Made by a program: the position numbers and the translations under genes. Positions 30,186-40,872 of a DNA stretch of 64,000 bases are shown one piece after another; within the stretch, counting starts at the first letter, position 1; every line of letters begins with the position of its first letter. Under the pieces are notes generated by a model. The model did not search any database. It had not been told where the DNA came from and worked only from the letters and a program-made list of their open reading frames with translations. Source of the DNA: an uncultured Nocardioidaceae bacterium (GTDB lineage: Bacteria > Actinomycetota > Actinomycetes > Propionibacteriales > Nocardioidaceae); contig CAXSHL010000010.1 of assembly GCA_964237315.1 (NCBI GenBank), positions 10,556 through 74,555 on the forward strand, given 5' to 3'.

Positions 30186-30682
30186 GAGTCGACCAGCTTG
30201 CGGTCCAGCCAGGCAGCGGACTCCTCGACCGAGGTCTGCGGCAGGTCCAGGTGCCCGCCGGGGTTCTCCACCAGGGTCTTGTCGGGCGAGCCGAGCGCGG
30301 CGAACAGCGCCCGGCAGTCGTCCGGCCGGACCATCTCGTCCTCGGTCTGGAGGTAGAAGAGCACCGAGGCGGTGACCAGGGGAGCCGAGGCGATCGGCCC
30401 GTCCGCGAGCCCGAGCACCGCGGCGGAGACCAGCGGCTCGGCGGCGAGCAGCGGCAGCCCGAGCCGGGCGCCCTGGGACAGGCCCCAGAACCCGACCGGG
30501 CCGGGATGTCGGGCGAGCACGGGCGGGACCTCGTCCAGCGAGCGGACGACCGCGACGACGAACCCGTCGTCGGTCAGACGGGTGGCGCGGGCGAGGACGC
30601 CGGGCGAGGTGTGGTCCTGGCCGCCGCCGGGGGCGAGCAGGACCAGTCCTCGTGAGGCGGAGCCGGGGGTGAACAGGTGCAT
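30182..30682 (-). CDS. Short alpha/beta hydrolase (dienelactone hydrolase-like)
   Basis: PGGGQD, GFWGLSQGA elbow, EDEMV, NPGGH. Confidence 0.7.
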   Translation of the reverse strand: MHLFTPGSASRGLVLLAPGGGQDHTSPGVLARATRLTDDGFVVAVVRSLDEVPPVLARHPGPVGFWGLSQGARLGLPLLAAEPLVSAAVLGLADGPIASAPLVTASVLFYLQTEDEMVRPDDCRALFAALGSPDKTLVENPGGHLDLPQTSVEESAAWLDRKLVDS

Positions 30683-30754
30683 GGCCAGAGCAGCAGGCTA
30701 CCGCCGGCGTCCGGTGACCCGGCCAGGCGCGCCCGGCTGCGGTCGCGGCCTCGG

Positions 30755-31204
30755 TCAGGAGATCGCGGCCCGCACCAGCTCGACGACCTGCTTCTCGACC
30801 ACGGGGCTCCACTTCGACAGCGCGTACGACGTCGGCCACATGTCCCCGTCGTCGAGCTTCGCCGCGTCCTGGAAGCCGAGGGTCGAGTAGCGGTACTTGA
30901 ACTTGCCCGAGTCCTGGAAGAACACGACGACCTTGCCGTCCGCGTTCGCGTAGGCAGGCATGCCGTACCAGGTCTTGGGAGTCAGCTCCGGCGCGGTGGC
31001 GGTCACCGTCACGTGCACGCGCCCGGCGAGCTCACGGTCCTCAGGCGCCATCGAGGCGATGGCGTCCAGGACCGCCGTCAGCCCGTCGGCCTTCTTCGCG
31101 CCCTTCTTGCCCTCGGCGCGCAGCTCGACGGCGCGCTCCTTCATCGCAGCACGCTCCTCGGCGCTGAACCCGTCGGTCCCCTGGTCGGCCTTCTTGGTAG
31201 GCAT
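30755..31204 (-). CDS. DUF1801/YdhG-like protein
   Basis: FSAEERAAMKER...PKTWYGMPAY...FKYRYSTLGF. Confidence 0.85.
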   Translation of the reverse strand: MPTKKADQGTDGFSAEERAAMKERAVELRAEGKKGAKKADGLTAVLDAIASMAPEDRELAGRVHVTVTATAPELTPKTWYGMPAYANADGKVVVFFQDSGKFKYRYSTLGFQDAAKLDDGDMWPTSYALSKWSPVVEKQVVELVRAAIS

Positions 31205-31303
31205 CTCTCGTTCCCTCCGGTGCTCGGTCCGGCATGGTGCCGGCTCGTCACACCCGAGGCTAGGCGCCACGGGCGGGTCGGGGCTTCTCGATTCCTGACC
31301 GGA

Positions 31304-32497
<1,194 letters not shown>

Positions 32498-32546
32498 TCA
32501 CCCGTCGCTCGTCCGCACCCCACCCGTTCCAGCCTGGCAGGAGACC

Positions 32547-33047
32547 ATGGGCACGCTCACCCCCCGTATCGAGCCGGTCCGCTTCGCCGACCCGGACACC
32601 CAGGCGCTGGTCGCCGAGGTGCAGGCGGAGTACACCGTGCTCTACGGCGGCCCGGACGACACCCCGCTCGAGGACGGCATCTTCGACCCGCCGCGCGGCG
32701 CCTTCTTCCTCGCATATGTCGACGGGGCGGACGTCGACGGGGCCGCCGTCGCGATGGGCGGGTGGCGGCTGCGCTCCGACGTACACCCGTGGGGTCTCGG
32801 CCGGGCAGCCGAGGTGAAGCGGATGTACGTCGCTCCGGCCGCCCGTCGTCGGGGCTACGCCCGGCTGGTGCTCGCGCACCTCGAGCGGACGGCGCGCGAG
32901 GCGGGCGCCGAGGTGATGGTGCTGGAGACCGGCACTGCGCAGCCCGAGGCGATCGCGATGTACGTCGCGACGGGGTATTCACCGATCGAGAAGTTCGGTC
33001 ACTACACCTGGTCGCCGCGGCAGCGGTGCTTCGGCAAGCCGCTGTAG
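32547..33047 (+). CDS. GNAT N-acetyltransferase
   Basis: EVKRMYV..ARRRGYA, LETGTAQPEAIAMY; RBS AGGAG. Confidence 0.9.
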   Translation: MGTLTPRIEPVRFADPDTQALVAEVQAEYTVLYGGPDDTPLEDGIFDPPRGAFFLAYVDGADVDGAAVAMGGWRLRSDVHPWGLGRAAEVKRMYVAPAARRRGYARLVLAHLERTAREAGAEVMVLETGTAQPEAIAMYVATGYSPIEKFGHYTWSPRQRCFGKPL

Positions 33048-33075
33048 CCGCCGGCCGCGGGCTCCGGGGATCTCG

Positions 33076-33870
33076 TCACTCGAAGGTCGCGGTCTCGCCC
33101 CGCCCGACCACCCGCACCAGGTCGGCCAGCCCCCGGCGCGACATCTCCTCGGTGAAGTCCGACAGCGGCGACCTCATCACCGTGTAGTCGTCGACGTGCA
33201 CCGGGACCGCCCGACGGGGGCGGACCGCCTCGAGCAGGTCGGCGCCCTGCCGGCCGTCCATGGTCACCACCAGGCCGCCGGGCAGCGTCGTGCCGCCGAG
33301 GTGCACGACGGCCAGGTCGATGTCGGGGCAGCGGCGGGCGATCTCGTGGATCCGGTGGTACATCAGCGTGTCCCCGGTCAGGTACACCCGCTGGGCCACA
33401 CCCGTCGCGTCCCCGAGCTCCAGCAGGCTGCCCATCACGGGCGGCAGCAGCCGGCTGATCGGCAGCGGAGCATGGGTGCCGGGCAGCGCGGTGACCGTCA
33501 GCGTCTGCTGGTCCTTGACCACGCTGTGCTGCTCCCAGGTCCGCATCCCGATCGCCCGACGGAAGCCGGCGAGGCCCTGCAGCCGTCGCGAGGCGTGCGG
33601 CGTGGTGATGATCGGCAGCGAGTGGTCGAGGTGTCGCTGGGCGACCCGGTCCCAGTGGTCGCCGTGCAGGTGTGAGAGCACCACGGCGTCCAGGGGTGGC
33701 AGCTCGTCGACCCGCATGGCGGGTTCGCGAAGCCGCTTGGAGAACAGTCCGTAGCCCAGGTGGGTGCGCTGGCCCGCGTGCAGGAAGTTGGGGTCGGTGA
33801 GCAGCGTGAACGCACCCCACCGGATCAGGACGGTGGCGTTGCCGATGAAGGTCAGCGAGAGCGGCGACAT
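33076..33870 (-). CDS. Metallo-beta-lactamase-fold hydrolase
   Basis: LTDPNF, SHLHGDHWD, GDT, PVHVDDY. Confidence 0.9.
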   Translation of the reverse strand: MSPLSLTFIGNATVLIRWGAFTLLTDPNFLHAGQRTHLGYGLFSKRLREPAMRVDELPPLDAVVLSHLHGDHWDRVAQRHLDHSLPIITTPHASRRLQGLAGFRRAIGMRTWEQHSVVKDQQTLTVTALPGTHAPLPISRLLPPVMGSLLELGDATGVAQRVYLTGDTLMYHRIHEIARRCPDIDLAVVHLGGTTLPGGLVVTMDGRQGADLLEAVRPRRAVPVHVDDYTVMRSPLSDFTEEMSRRGLADLVRVVGRGETATFE

Positions 33871-33898
33871 GCGGCGGGCGTACCCAGGCCGGCGGGCC

Positions 33899-34999
33899 TC
33901 ACGCCCAGGCGGGGTTCCAGCCGTCGACCTCGTCGGCCTTGCGGCTCGGCGGCCCGGTGTAGATCGCAGAGGGCCGGATCAGCCGCCCGGTGCGCTTCTG
34001 CTCCAGGATGTGCGCGGACCAGCCGCCCGTGCGCGCGCAGGTGAACATGGATGTGAACATCGACGGCGGCACCTCGGCGAAGTCCAGGACGATCGCGGCC
34101 CAGAACTCCACGTTGGTCTCCAGTACCCGGTCCGGGCGGCGCTCCTTGAGCTCGGCGAGCGCGGCCTTCTCCAGGGCCTCGGCGACCTCGTAGCGCGGGG
34201 CGCCGAGCTCCTTCGCCGTACGCCGGAGGACGCGGGCGCGCGGGTCCTCCGCCCGGTAGACGCGGTGCCCGAAGCCCATCAGCCGCTCGCCCTTGTCCAG
34301 CAGGCCCTTGACGTATCCCTCGGCGTCGCCGCTGCCCTCGACCGCCTCGATCATCCCCAGCACCCGGGACGGCGCGCCGCCGTGCAGCGGGCCGCTCATC
34401 GCGCCGATCGCCCCGGAGAAGGCGGCCGCGACGTCCGCGCCGGTGGAGGTGATCACGCGTGCGGTGAAGGTGGAGGCGTTCATGCCGTGCTCGGCAGCCG
34501 AGCTCCAGTAGGCGTCGATCGCCTTGACGTGCTTGGGATCCGCCTCGCCCTTCCAGCGGATCATGAACCGCTCCGCGAGGGTGGCGCCGCGGTCCACGTC
34601 GCGCTGGGGGACCACCGGGAGGTTGAGGCCCCGGGCGGCCTGGGCGGCGTAGGAGAGCACCATCACCGCGACCCGGCTCAGGTCCTCGCGTGCCTGCTCG
34701 TCGGAGATGTCATAGGTCTGGCGCATCCCGAACGCGGGGGCGAGCATCGCGACGGCAGCCTGCACGTCGACACGGATGTCGCCGGTGTGCACCGGGATGT
34801 TGTAGGGCTCCGCGGGCGGCAGACCGGGGTCGTAGGAACCGTCGATCAGCAGCCCCCACACCTTCTCGAACGGGACCCGGCCCACGAGATCCTCGATGTC
34901 CACGCCGCGGTAGCGCAGCGCGGAGCCCTCCTTGTCCGGCTCGGCGATCTCGGTCGCGAACGCGACCACGCCTTCGAGTCCGTGCTGGACCTCGCTCAT
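33899..34999 (-). CDS. citA: Citrate synthase 2
   Basis: GLEGVVAF, AEHGMNASTF, GPLHGGA, GFGHRVY, TNVEFW. Confidence 0.95.
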   Translation of the reverse strand: MSEVQHGLEGVVAFATEIAEPDKEGSALRYRGVDIEDLVGRVPFEKVWGLLIDGSYDPGLPPAEPYNIPVHTGDIRVDVQAAVAMLAPAFGMRQTYDISDEQAREDLSRVAVMVLSYAAQAARGLNLPVVPQRDVDRGATLAERFMIRWKGEADPKHVKAIDAYWSSAAEHGMNASTFTARVITSTGADVAAAFSGAIGAMSGPLHGGAPSRVLGMIEAVEGSGDAEGYVKGLLDKGERLMGFGHRVYRAEDPRARVLRRTAKELGAPRYEVAEALEKAALAELKERRPDRVLETNVEFWAAIVLDFAEVPPSMFTSMFTCARTGGWSAHILEQKRTGRLIRPSAIYTGPPSRKADEVDGWNPAWA

Positions 35000-35095
35000 G
35001 GACGACTCCTTCGTCACGCAGTTGGCCAAACGTCCCCATCATCCCCACCCCGCCGGTCCATGTCGCAGGCAGGGGGCGGTTGCTAGGTTCGAGCC

Positions 35096-35758
35096 ATGAG
35101 CGGGCAGCCCAAGCAGGACCTCGGCAGGCTCCGGCGGGAGTACGGCGACGCCGGGCTGGACACCCCCGACCTCGCCGACGACCCGGTCGCGATGTTCCGA
35201 CGCTGGTTCGACGACACCGTCGAGGCGGGCGTGCACGAGCCGAACGCCATGGTGGTCGCCACCGTCTCCGCCGACGGCCGCCCGTCGGCGCGGCTGGTGC
35301 TGCTCAAGGGCCTCGACGAGCGGGGCTTCGTGTTCTACACGAACCTCGCCTCCCGCAAGGGCCACGACATCGACGCGAACCCCGCCGTCTCGCTGCTCTT
35401 CCCCTGGCACGACCTGCAGCGCCAGGTGCGGGTCGAGGGTGTCGCGTCCCGGGTCTCGGCCGAGGAGGACGAGGACTACTTCGCCAGCCGTCCCCGCGGC
35501 TCCCAGCTCGGCGCCTGGGCCTCCCCCCAGTCCGAGGTCGTCTCCTCGCGGGCCGCCCTCGACGAGAGGTACGGCGGGGTGCTGGCCCGGTTCGCCGACG
35601 CGGACGACGTACCCCTGCCGCCGTTCTGGGGAGGCTTCCGGGTCGCGCCCGTGGCCGTGGAGTTCTGGCAGGGCCGCAAGGGCCGGATGCACGACCGGCT
35701 GGTGTACCGCCGCTCCGATGGGTCGGGCGGCTGGGCCGTGGAGCGCCTGGCCCCCTGA
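35096..35758 (+). CDS. pdxH: Pyridoxamine 5'-phosphate oxidase
   Basis: EPNAM, RLVLLKG, YTNLASRKG, RQVRVEG, EFWQGR..RMHDR. Confidence 0.96.
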   Translation: MSGQPKQDLGRLRREYGDAGLDTPDLADDPVAMFRRWFDDTVEAGVHEPNAMVVATVSADGRPSARLVLLKGLDERGFVFYTNLASRKGHDIDANPAVSLLFPWHDLQRQVRVEGVASRVSAEEDEDYFASRPRGSQLGAWASPQSEVVSSRAALDERYGGVLARFADADDVPLPPFWGGFRVAPVAVEFWQGRKGRMHDRLVYRRSDGSGGWAVERLAP

Positions 35759-35778
35759 GGCGATCGGCGGAAAAGCAC

Positions 35779-35807
35779 TTGTGAGTGAGTGCTCACTCAC
35801 CTACGAT
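35779..35807 (+). promoter_or_regulatory. Promoter with TetR-type operator
   Basis: TTGTGA-N17-TACGAT; palindrome GTGAGTGAG-TG-CTCACTCAC at 35781-35800; ATG 7 nt after the -10. Confidence 0.8.
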
Positions 35808-35814
35808 TGGCGAC

Positions 35815-36447
35815 ATGACCTCCACGACTCGTCGCTCCGGCCGGGCTGCCCCGATGGCCCCGGACGAGCGCCGGCGCACCATCATCGAGGCCGTCGTCCC
35901 CCTGCTGCTGCAGCACGGTGACGAGGTCACCACGAAACAGATCGCCGAGGCCGCCGGGATCGCCGAGGGCACCATCTTCCGGGTCTTCCCCGACAAGGCC
36001 GCGCTGCTGATGGCCACCGCCGAGGAGACCCTGGACCCGGCGCTGAACCGCGTCCAGCTCGAGGCCGCGATCGCCGGCACGGACGACCTGCGCGAGAAGG
36101 TGCTGATCACCGTGAACCGGCTGTTCGAGCGCTCCGAGCGGGTGATGCTCGTGATGATGGCGCTGCGGCGGCTCTGGATGAACCAGCCGGACCGGCACCG
36201 GGAGCACAGCGGCCCACCCGGCTTCATCACCGACGCGAACCTCGCCCTGCACGAGCTGCTCACCTCCCTGTTCGAGCCGCACCGCGCGGAGCTCGCCGTC
36301 GATCCCGAGCTCGCCGCCACGCTGCTGCGGACCCTGGTCCAGGGCTCCCGGCACCCCGGCGCGGACTCCGTCCGGCGGCTGACCGACCAGCAGATCACCG
36401 ACTCGCTGCTCGACGGGATCCGCCACCGTCCCACGAAGGAGGACTGA
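35815..36447 (+). CDS. TetR family regulator
   Basis: TTKQIAEAAGIAEGTIFRVFPDK helix-turn-helix. Confidence 0.92.
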   Translation: MTSTTRRSGRAAPMAPDERRRTIIEAVVPLLLQHGDEVTTKQIAEAAGIAEGTIFRVFPDKAALLMATAEETLDPALNRVQLEAAIAGTDDLREKVLITVNRLFERSERVMLVMMALRRLWMNQPDRHREHSGPPGFITDANLALHELLTSLFEPHRAELAVDPELAATLLRTLVQGSRHPGADSVRRLTDQQITDSLLDGIRHRPTKED

Positions 36448-36448
36448 G

Positions 36449-38182
36449 ATGCTGCTGCGACTTCTTCGGGAGCACCTCGTGCCGTACCGCCCGCAGCTCG
36501 GCCTCGTCGTCCTGCTGCAGTTCGTCGGGACGATGGCGGCGCTCTACCTGCCCCGCCTGAACGCCGACATCATCGACAACGGCGTCGCCCGCGGCGACAC
36601 GAGCTACATCATGCACACCGGCATGGTGATGCTCGGCGTGTCCCTGCTGCAGATCCTGTGCAGCTCCGCGGCGGTCTACGTCGGGGCGCGCACCGCCATG
36701 GGCTTCGGCCGCGACCTGCGGGCGGCCATCTTCCATCGGGTCGGCGAGTTCTCCGACCGCGAGGTCATCCAGTTCGGCGCACCCTCGCTGATCACCCGAA
36801 ATACCAACGACGTGCAGCAGGTGCAGATGCTGGTGCTGATGACCTGCACGATGATGGTCGCCGCACCGATCATGATGGTCGGCGGCGTGCTGATGGCGAT
36901 GCGCGAGAACTTCGGGCTGTCCTGGCTGCTGGCCGTCTGCGTCCCGGCACTGTTCGTCTCGGTCGGCTTCATCATCACCCGGATGGTGCCCGGCTTCCGG
37001 CTGATGCAGACGCGGATCGACGGGGTCAACCGCATCCTGCGCGAGCAGATCACCGGGATCCGGGTGGTGCGCGCCTTCGTGCGGGAGCCCTTGGAGACAA
37101 GGCGGTTCGGGGTCGCGAACGACGACCTGACCGCCGTCGCCGTGACCACCGGGCGGTGGATGGCGACGATGTTCCCCACCGTGATGCTGATCCTGAACGC
37201 CTCCAGCGTCGCGGTGCTGTGGTTCGGCGGGCACCGCGTCGACTCGGGTCAGATGCAGATCGGTGCCCTGACGGCGTTCCTGGCCTACCTCGTGCAGATC
37301 CTGATGTCGGTGATGATGGCGACCTTCATGCTCGTGATGGTGCCGCGCGCCTCGGTGTGTGCGGACCGCGTCGGCGAGGTGCTCGACCTCGAGTCCTCCG
37401 TCGTGCCCCCCGCCCAGCCGGTCACCGAGCTCGTGGGCCACGGAGAGCTGGAGTTCCGGGGGGTCGAGTTCACCTACCCGGGAGCCGACGCGCCGGTCCT
37501 GCGCGACATGTCGTTCACCGCCCGTCCGGGACAGACGACCGCGATCATCGGCTCCACCGGAGCGGGCAAGACCACGATGGTCGGGCTGGTCCCGCGGCTC
37601 TTCGACGTGACCGGCGGCGCGGTGTACGTCGACGGGGTCGACGTGCGCAACCTCGACCCGCAGCTGCTGTGGAGCCAGATCGGGCTGGTGCCGCAGAAGG
37701 CGTTCCTGTTCTCCGGGACGGTGGCGAGCAACCTGCGCTACGGCAAGCCGGACGCCACCGAGGAGGAGATGTGGCAGGCCCTGGAGATCGCTCAGGGCCG
37801 TGACTTCGTCGAGGCGATGCCGGAGGGTCTGGAGGCACCGATCACCCAGGGAGGCACGAACGTCTCGGGCGGTCAGCGCCAGCGCATCGCCATCGCGCGG
37901 GCGCTGATCCGCAGACCCGCGATCTACCTGTTCGACGACTCGTTCTCGGCTCTCGACCTGACCACCGATGCCCGGCTGCGCGCTGCGCTCGGCCCGGTCA
38001 CCAAGGACTCGACGGTCGTCATCGTGGCCCAACGGGTCTCCACGATCATCCGAGCAGACCAGATCCTGGTCGTCGAGGACGGCGTGGTCGTCGGGCGAGG
38101 GCGGCACGACGAGCTGCTGGAGACATGTGAGACCTACCAGGAGATCGTCGAGTCCCAGCTGACTGCCGAGGAGGCCGCATGA
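36449..38182 (+). CDS. ABC multidrug exporter subunit (TMD+NBD)
   Basis: [25 protein letters not shown] (degenerate site). Confidence 0.95.
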   Translation: MLLRLLREHLVPYRPQLGLVVLLQFVGTMAALYLPRLNADIIDNGVARGDTSYIMHTGMVMLGVSLLQILCSSAAVYVGARTAMGFGRDLRAAIFHRVGEFSDREVIQFGAPSLITRNTNDVQQVQMLVLMTCTMMVAAPIMMVGGVLMAMRENFGLSWLLAVCVPALFVSVGFIITRMVPGFRLMQTRIDGVNRILREQITGIRVVRAFVREPLETRRFGVANDDLTAVAVTTGRWMATMFPTVMLILNASSVAVLWFGGHRVDSGQMQIGALTAFLAYLVQILMSVMMATFMLVMVPRASVCADRVGEVLDLESSVVPPAQPVTELVGHGELEFRGVEFTYPGADAPVLRDMSFTARPGQTTAIIGSTGAGKTTMVGLVPRLFDVTGGAVYVDGVDVRNLDPQLLWSQIGLVPQKAFLFSGTVASNLRYGKPDATEEEMWQALEIAQGRDFVEAMPEGLEAPITQGGTNVSGGQRQRIAIARALIRRPAIYLFDDSFSALDLTTDARLRAALGPVTKDSTVVIVAQRVSTIIRADQILVVEDGVVVGRGRHDELLETCETYQEIVESQLTAEEAA

Positions 38183-40191
38183 GTGCCACGACGTCCGGTC
38201 CCACCCAGTCCGGCCCCACGAAGCCCGGTGCCTCGAAGCCCGGCGGTCCGATGAAGGAGACCGAGCGCATCCAGGTCGCCGGCGGCCCCGGTCGCGGCGG
38301 CCCGATGGGCGGCGGCATGGTCGGGCAGAAGTCCATGGACTTCGGCCCGTCCGCCAAGCGCCTGGTCGCCCGGATGCGCCCCGAGCGCGGGCGGGCGGTC
38401 GCGGTCGTGCTGCTGGCGGTCGTCAGCGTCGGGCTGACCGTCCTGGGCCCGAAGATCCTCGGTCACGCGACCGACCTGATCTTCTCCGGCCTCTTCGGCC
38501 GCCAGCTCGCCGGCACCACCAAGGGCGAGGCCGTCGAGGCGCTGCGCGAGAAGGGCGACGGCCGGCTCGCGGACATGCTGAGCCGGATGGACGTGGTGCC
38601 CGGGCAGGGCGTCGACTTCCACGCCGTACGCAACGTCCTGCTGCTGGTGCTCGCGGTGTACGTCGCCGCGTCACTCATCTCGTGGCTGCAGGGGTTCGTG
38701 CTCAACGGCGTGGTGCAGAACACGGTGCGCCGGATGCGCGCCGACGTCGAAGAGAAGATCAACCGGCTGCCGCTCAGCTATTTCGACAAGCAGCCGCGCG
38801 GTGAGCTGCTCTCCCGGGTGACCAACGACATCGACAACGTCAGCCAGACGCTGCAGCAGACGATGAGCCAGCTGCTGGTGTCGCTGCTCACCGTGGTGGG
38901 CGTGCTGGCGATGATGCTGACGATCTCGCCGACGCTGGCGCTGGTCGCCCTGGTCACGGTGCCGGTCTCGATGCTGCTCACCGGCCAGATCATGAAGCGC
39001 TCGCAGGGCAAGTTCATCGCCCAGTGGCGGCGCACCGGTCAGCTCAACGCGCACATCGAGGAGACGTTCAGCGGGCACGCCCTGGTCAAGGTGTTCGGTC
39101 GCCAGCAGGAGGTCGAGGACGTCTTCGAGCGGCAGAACGACGAGCTGTTCGAGGCCAGCTTCGGGGCGCAGTTCATCTCCGGGCTGATCATGCCGATGAT
39201 GATGTTCATCGGGAACCTCAACTACGTGGTGATCGCCGTCGTCGGCGGCTTCCGGGTGGCCGGCGGCGCCATGACGCTCGGTGACGTGCAGGCGTTCATC
39301 CAGTACTCCCGGCAGTTCACCCAGCCGCTCACGCAGGTCGCCTCGATGGTCAACCTCCTGCAGTCCGGGGTCGCCTCGGCGGAGCGGGTCTTCGAGCTGC
39401 TGGACGCCGAGGAGGAGCCCGTCGAGCGGGTCGAGCCGCTCGCCGTCGGTGGCCGCGGGCAGGTGGTCTTCGAGCACGTGTCGTTCCGCTACGAGGACGA
39501 CCAGCCGCTGATCGAGGACCTGTCACTGGTGGCGCGGCCGGGTCAGACCATCGCCATCGTCGGGCCGACCGGCGCCGGCAAGACGACGCTGGTGAACCTG
39601 ATCATGAGGTTCTACGACGTGGACGGCGGGCGGATCACGCTGGACGGCGTGGACATCGCCAGCATGCGGCGCAGCGACCTGCGCGGGATGACCGGGATGG
39701 TGCTGCAGGACACCTGGCTCTTCAAGGGCACGATCCGCGACAACATCGCCTACGGTCGCCCCGACGCCTCCGAGGAGGAGCTCATGCAGGCGGCCCGCGC
39801 CACGTTCGTGGACCGGTTCGTGCACAACCTCCCCGACGGCTACGACACCGTCGTGGACGAGGACGGCAGCAGCATCAGTGCGGGTGAGCGCCAGCTGGTC
39901 ACCATCGCCCGAGCCTTCCTGGCCGACCCTGCGCTGCTGATCCTCGACGAGGCGACCAGCTCGGTGGACACCCGCACCGAGCTGCTGGTGCAGAAGGCGA
40001 TGGCCGCCCTCCGCTCGGACCGGACCAGCTTCGTGATCGCCCACCGGCTGTCCACGATCCGCGACGCCGACCTCATCCTGGTGATGGAGGCGGGCAGCAT
40101 CGTCGAGCAGGGCACCCACGAGGAGCTGCTGGCCGCCGACGGCGCCTACGCGGCCCTCTACAACTCCCAGTTCGCCCAGGCGCTGGTCTGA
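38179..40191 (+). CDS. ABC multidrug exporter subunit (TMD+NBD), heterodimer partner
   Basis: [30 protein letters not shown]. Confidence 0.95.
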   Translation: MSATTSGPTQSGPTKPGASKPGGPMKETERIQVAGGPGRGGPMGGGMVGQKSMDFGPSAKRLVARMRPERGRAVAVVLLAVVSVGLTVLGPKILGHATDLIFSGLFGRQLAGTTKGEAVEALREKGDGRLADMLSRMDVVPGQGVDFHAVRNVLLLVLAVYVAASLISWLQGFVLNGVVQNTVRRMRADVEEKINRLPLSYFDKQPRGELLSRVTNDIDNVSQTLQQTMSQLLVSLLTVVGVLAMMLTISPTLALVALVTVPVSMLLTGQIMKRSQGKFIAQWRRTGQLNAHIEETFSGHALVKVFGRQQEVEDVFERQNDELFEASFGAQFISGLIMPMMMFIGNLNYVVIAVVGGFRVAGGAMTLGDVQAFIQYSRQFTQPLTQVASMVNLLQSGVASAERVFELLDAEEEPVERVEPLAVGGRGQVVFEHVSFRYEDDQPLIEDLSLVARPGQTIAIVGPTGAGKTTLVNLIMRFYDVDGGRITLDGVDIASMRRSDLRGMTGMVLQDTWLFKGTIRDNIAYGRPDASEEELMQAARATFVDRFVHNLPDGYDTVVDEDGSSISAGERQLVTIARAFLADPALLILDEATSSVDTRTELLVQKAMAALRSDRTSFVIAHRLSTIRDADLILVMEAGSIVEQGTHEELLAADGAYAALYNSQFAQALV

Positions 40192-40227
40192 CCTGGCCCT
40201 CCCGCCCCGAAGCCCGCTCGTCCTGCT

Positions 40228-40593
40228 GATTACCAGGGGATGCAGGACGTTTGGCGCTTCCCATGGGCCGTGACCCATGGGAAGCGCCAGTCTTCCATGG
40301 GGAGTGGCGGTCCATCGCCGGGCAGTGGTGCCGCGCGGCGGGACGCTTCCCAGTGCCGGAGGCAGCTCGCCGACGACGTCCCGGACATCGTCGTGGGCGG
40401 CTGGGCAGCGCCGTGCGGCGGCCCACGAGATCGTCGTACGGCGGGCCGGCGCTCGTCGTACGACGGATGGGTGACCGCCGCAGGCCGGCGCTTCCCCAGC
40501 ACCCCACCGGCCCCTGCTTCCCATGGGAAACTTGCCCTTCCCATGGGTCACGGCCCGTGGGAAGCGCCAAACGTCCTGCATACCCTGGTAATC
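40228..40593. repeat. MITE/REPIN-like element with ~75-bp terminal inverted repeats
   Basis: GATTACCAGGGGATGCAGGACGTTTGGCGCTTCCCATGGG... at 40228, inverted copy ending at 40593; related copy at 52259-52374. Confidence 0.8.
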
Positions 40594-40610
40594 GGCGCAG
40601 GGGGAGGGGC

Positions 40611-40683
40611 AAGAAAACAGCCCGTGGGCGTTGCGGTTCTTGAACCGCTCTCCGGTCGGATGATGTCCGGAGCGCCCACGGGC
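40611..40683 (-). terminator. Branched intrinsic terminator
   Basis: GCCCGTGGGCG...CGCCCACGGGC stem enclosing two small hairpins, followed by a U-rich tract on the minus strand. Confidence 0.6.
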
Positions 40684-40743
40684 CGGGTGACTGCTTGGGA
40701 TTACCAGCGCGCACTGCAGTCAGCGTGGCTGGTTGGTGCGCTG

Positions 40744-40782
40744 CTAGCGAGCAGCCACCTCACGAATCCGTAAAGAATGCAC
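40744..40782 (-). CDS. 12-aa micropeptide MHSLRIREVAAR
   Basis: SD AGGAGG (40798-40793) 10 nt upstream of GTG. Confidence 0.45.
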   Translation of the reverse strand: MHSLRIREVAAR

Positions 40783-40872
40783 TCTCGGACCACCTCCTCT
40801 CTCGTGTACCTCAACGGTACGTCGCACCCCGCCCGCCGGACAAGCGATTTCTGCGGATGAGAACGTTGGCCC

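Larger units (their letters stand above)
40611..40807 (-). ncRNA. Putative stand-alone structured small transcript containing a 12-aa ORF
   Basis: TTGTCC-N18-TACCGT promoter (40843-40814), AGGAGG, GTG ORF at 40782-40744, two hairpins, 11-bp closing stem plus TGTTTTCTT tail. Confidence 0.6.

Noticed and set aside
40230-40773. ORFs spanning the inverted-repeat element (MQDVWRFP...)
   Set aside because: Mirror-image ORFs on both strands arise from the inverted repeats; there is no RBS and no transposase motif.
40611-40807. Known riboswitch, tRNA, 6C or Ms1 RNA
   Set aside because: No consensus motifs of TPP, cobalamin, SAM-IV, c-di-AMP, tRNA or 6C were recognised, and the context does not match Ms1. 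Kept as an unknown RNA pending an Rfam search.
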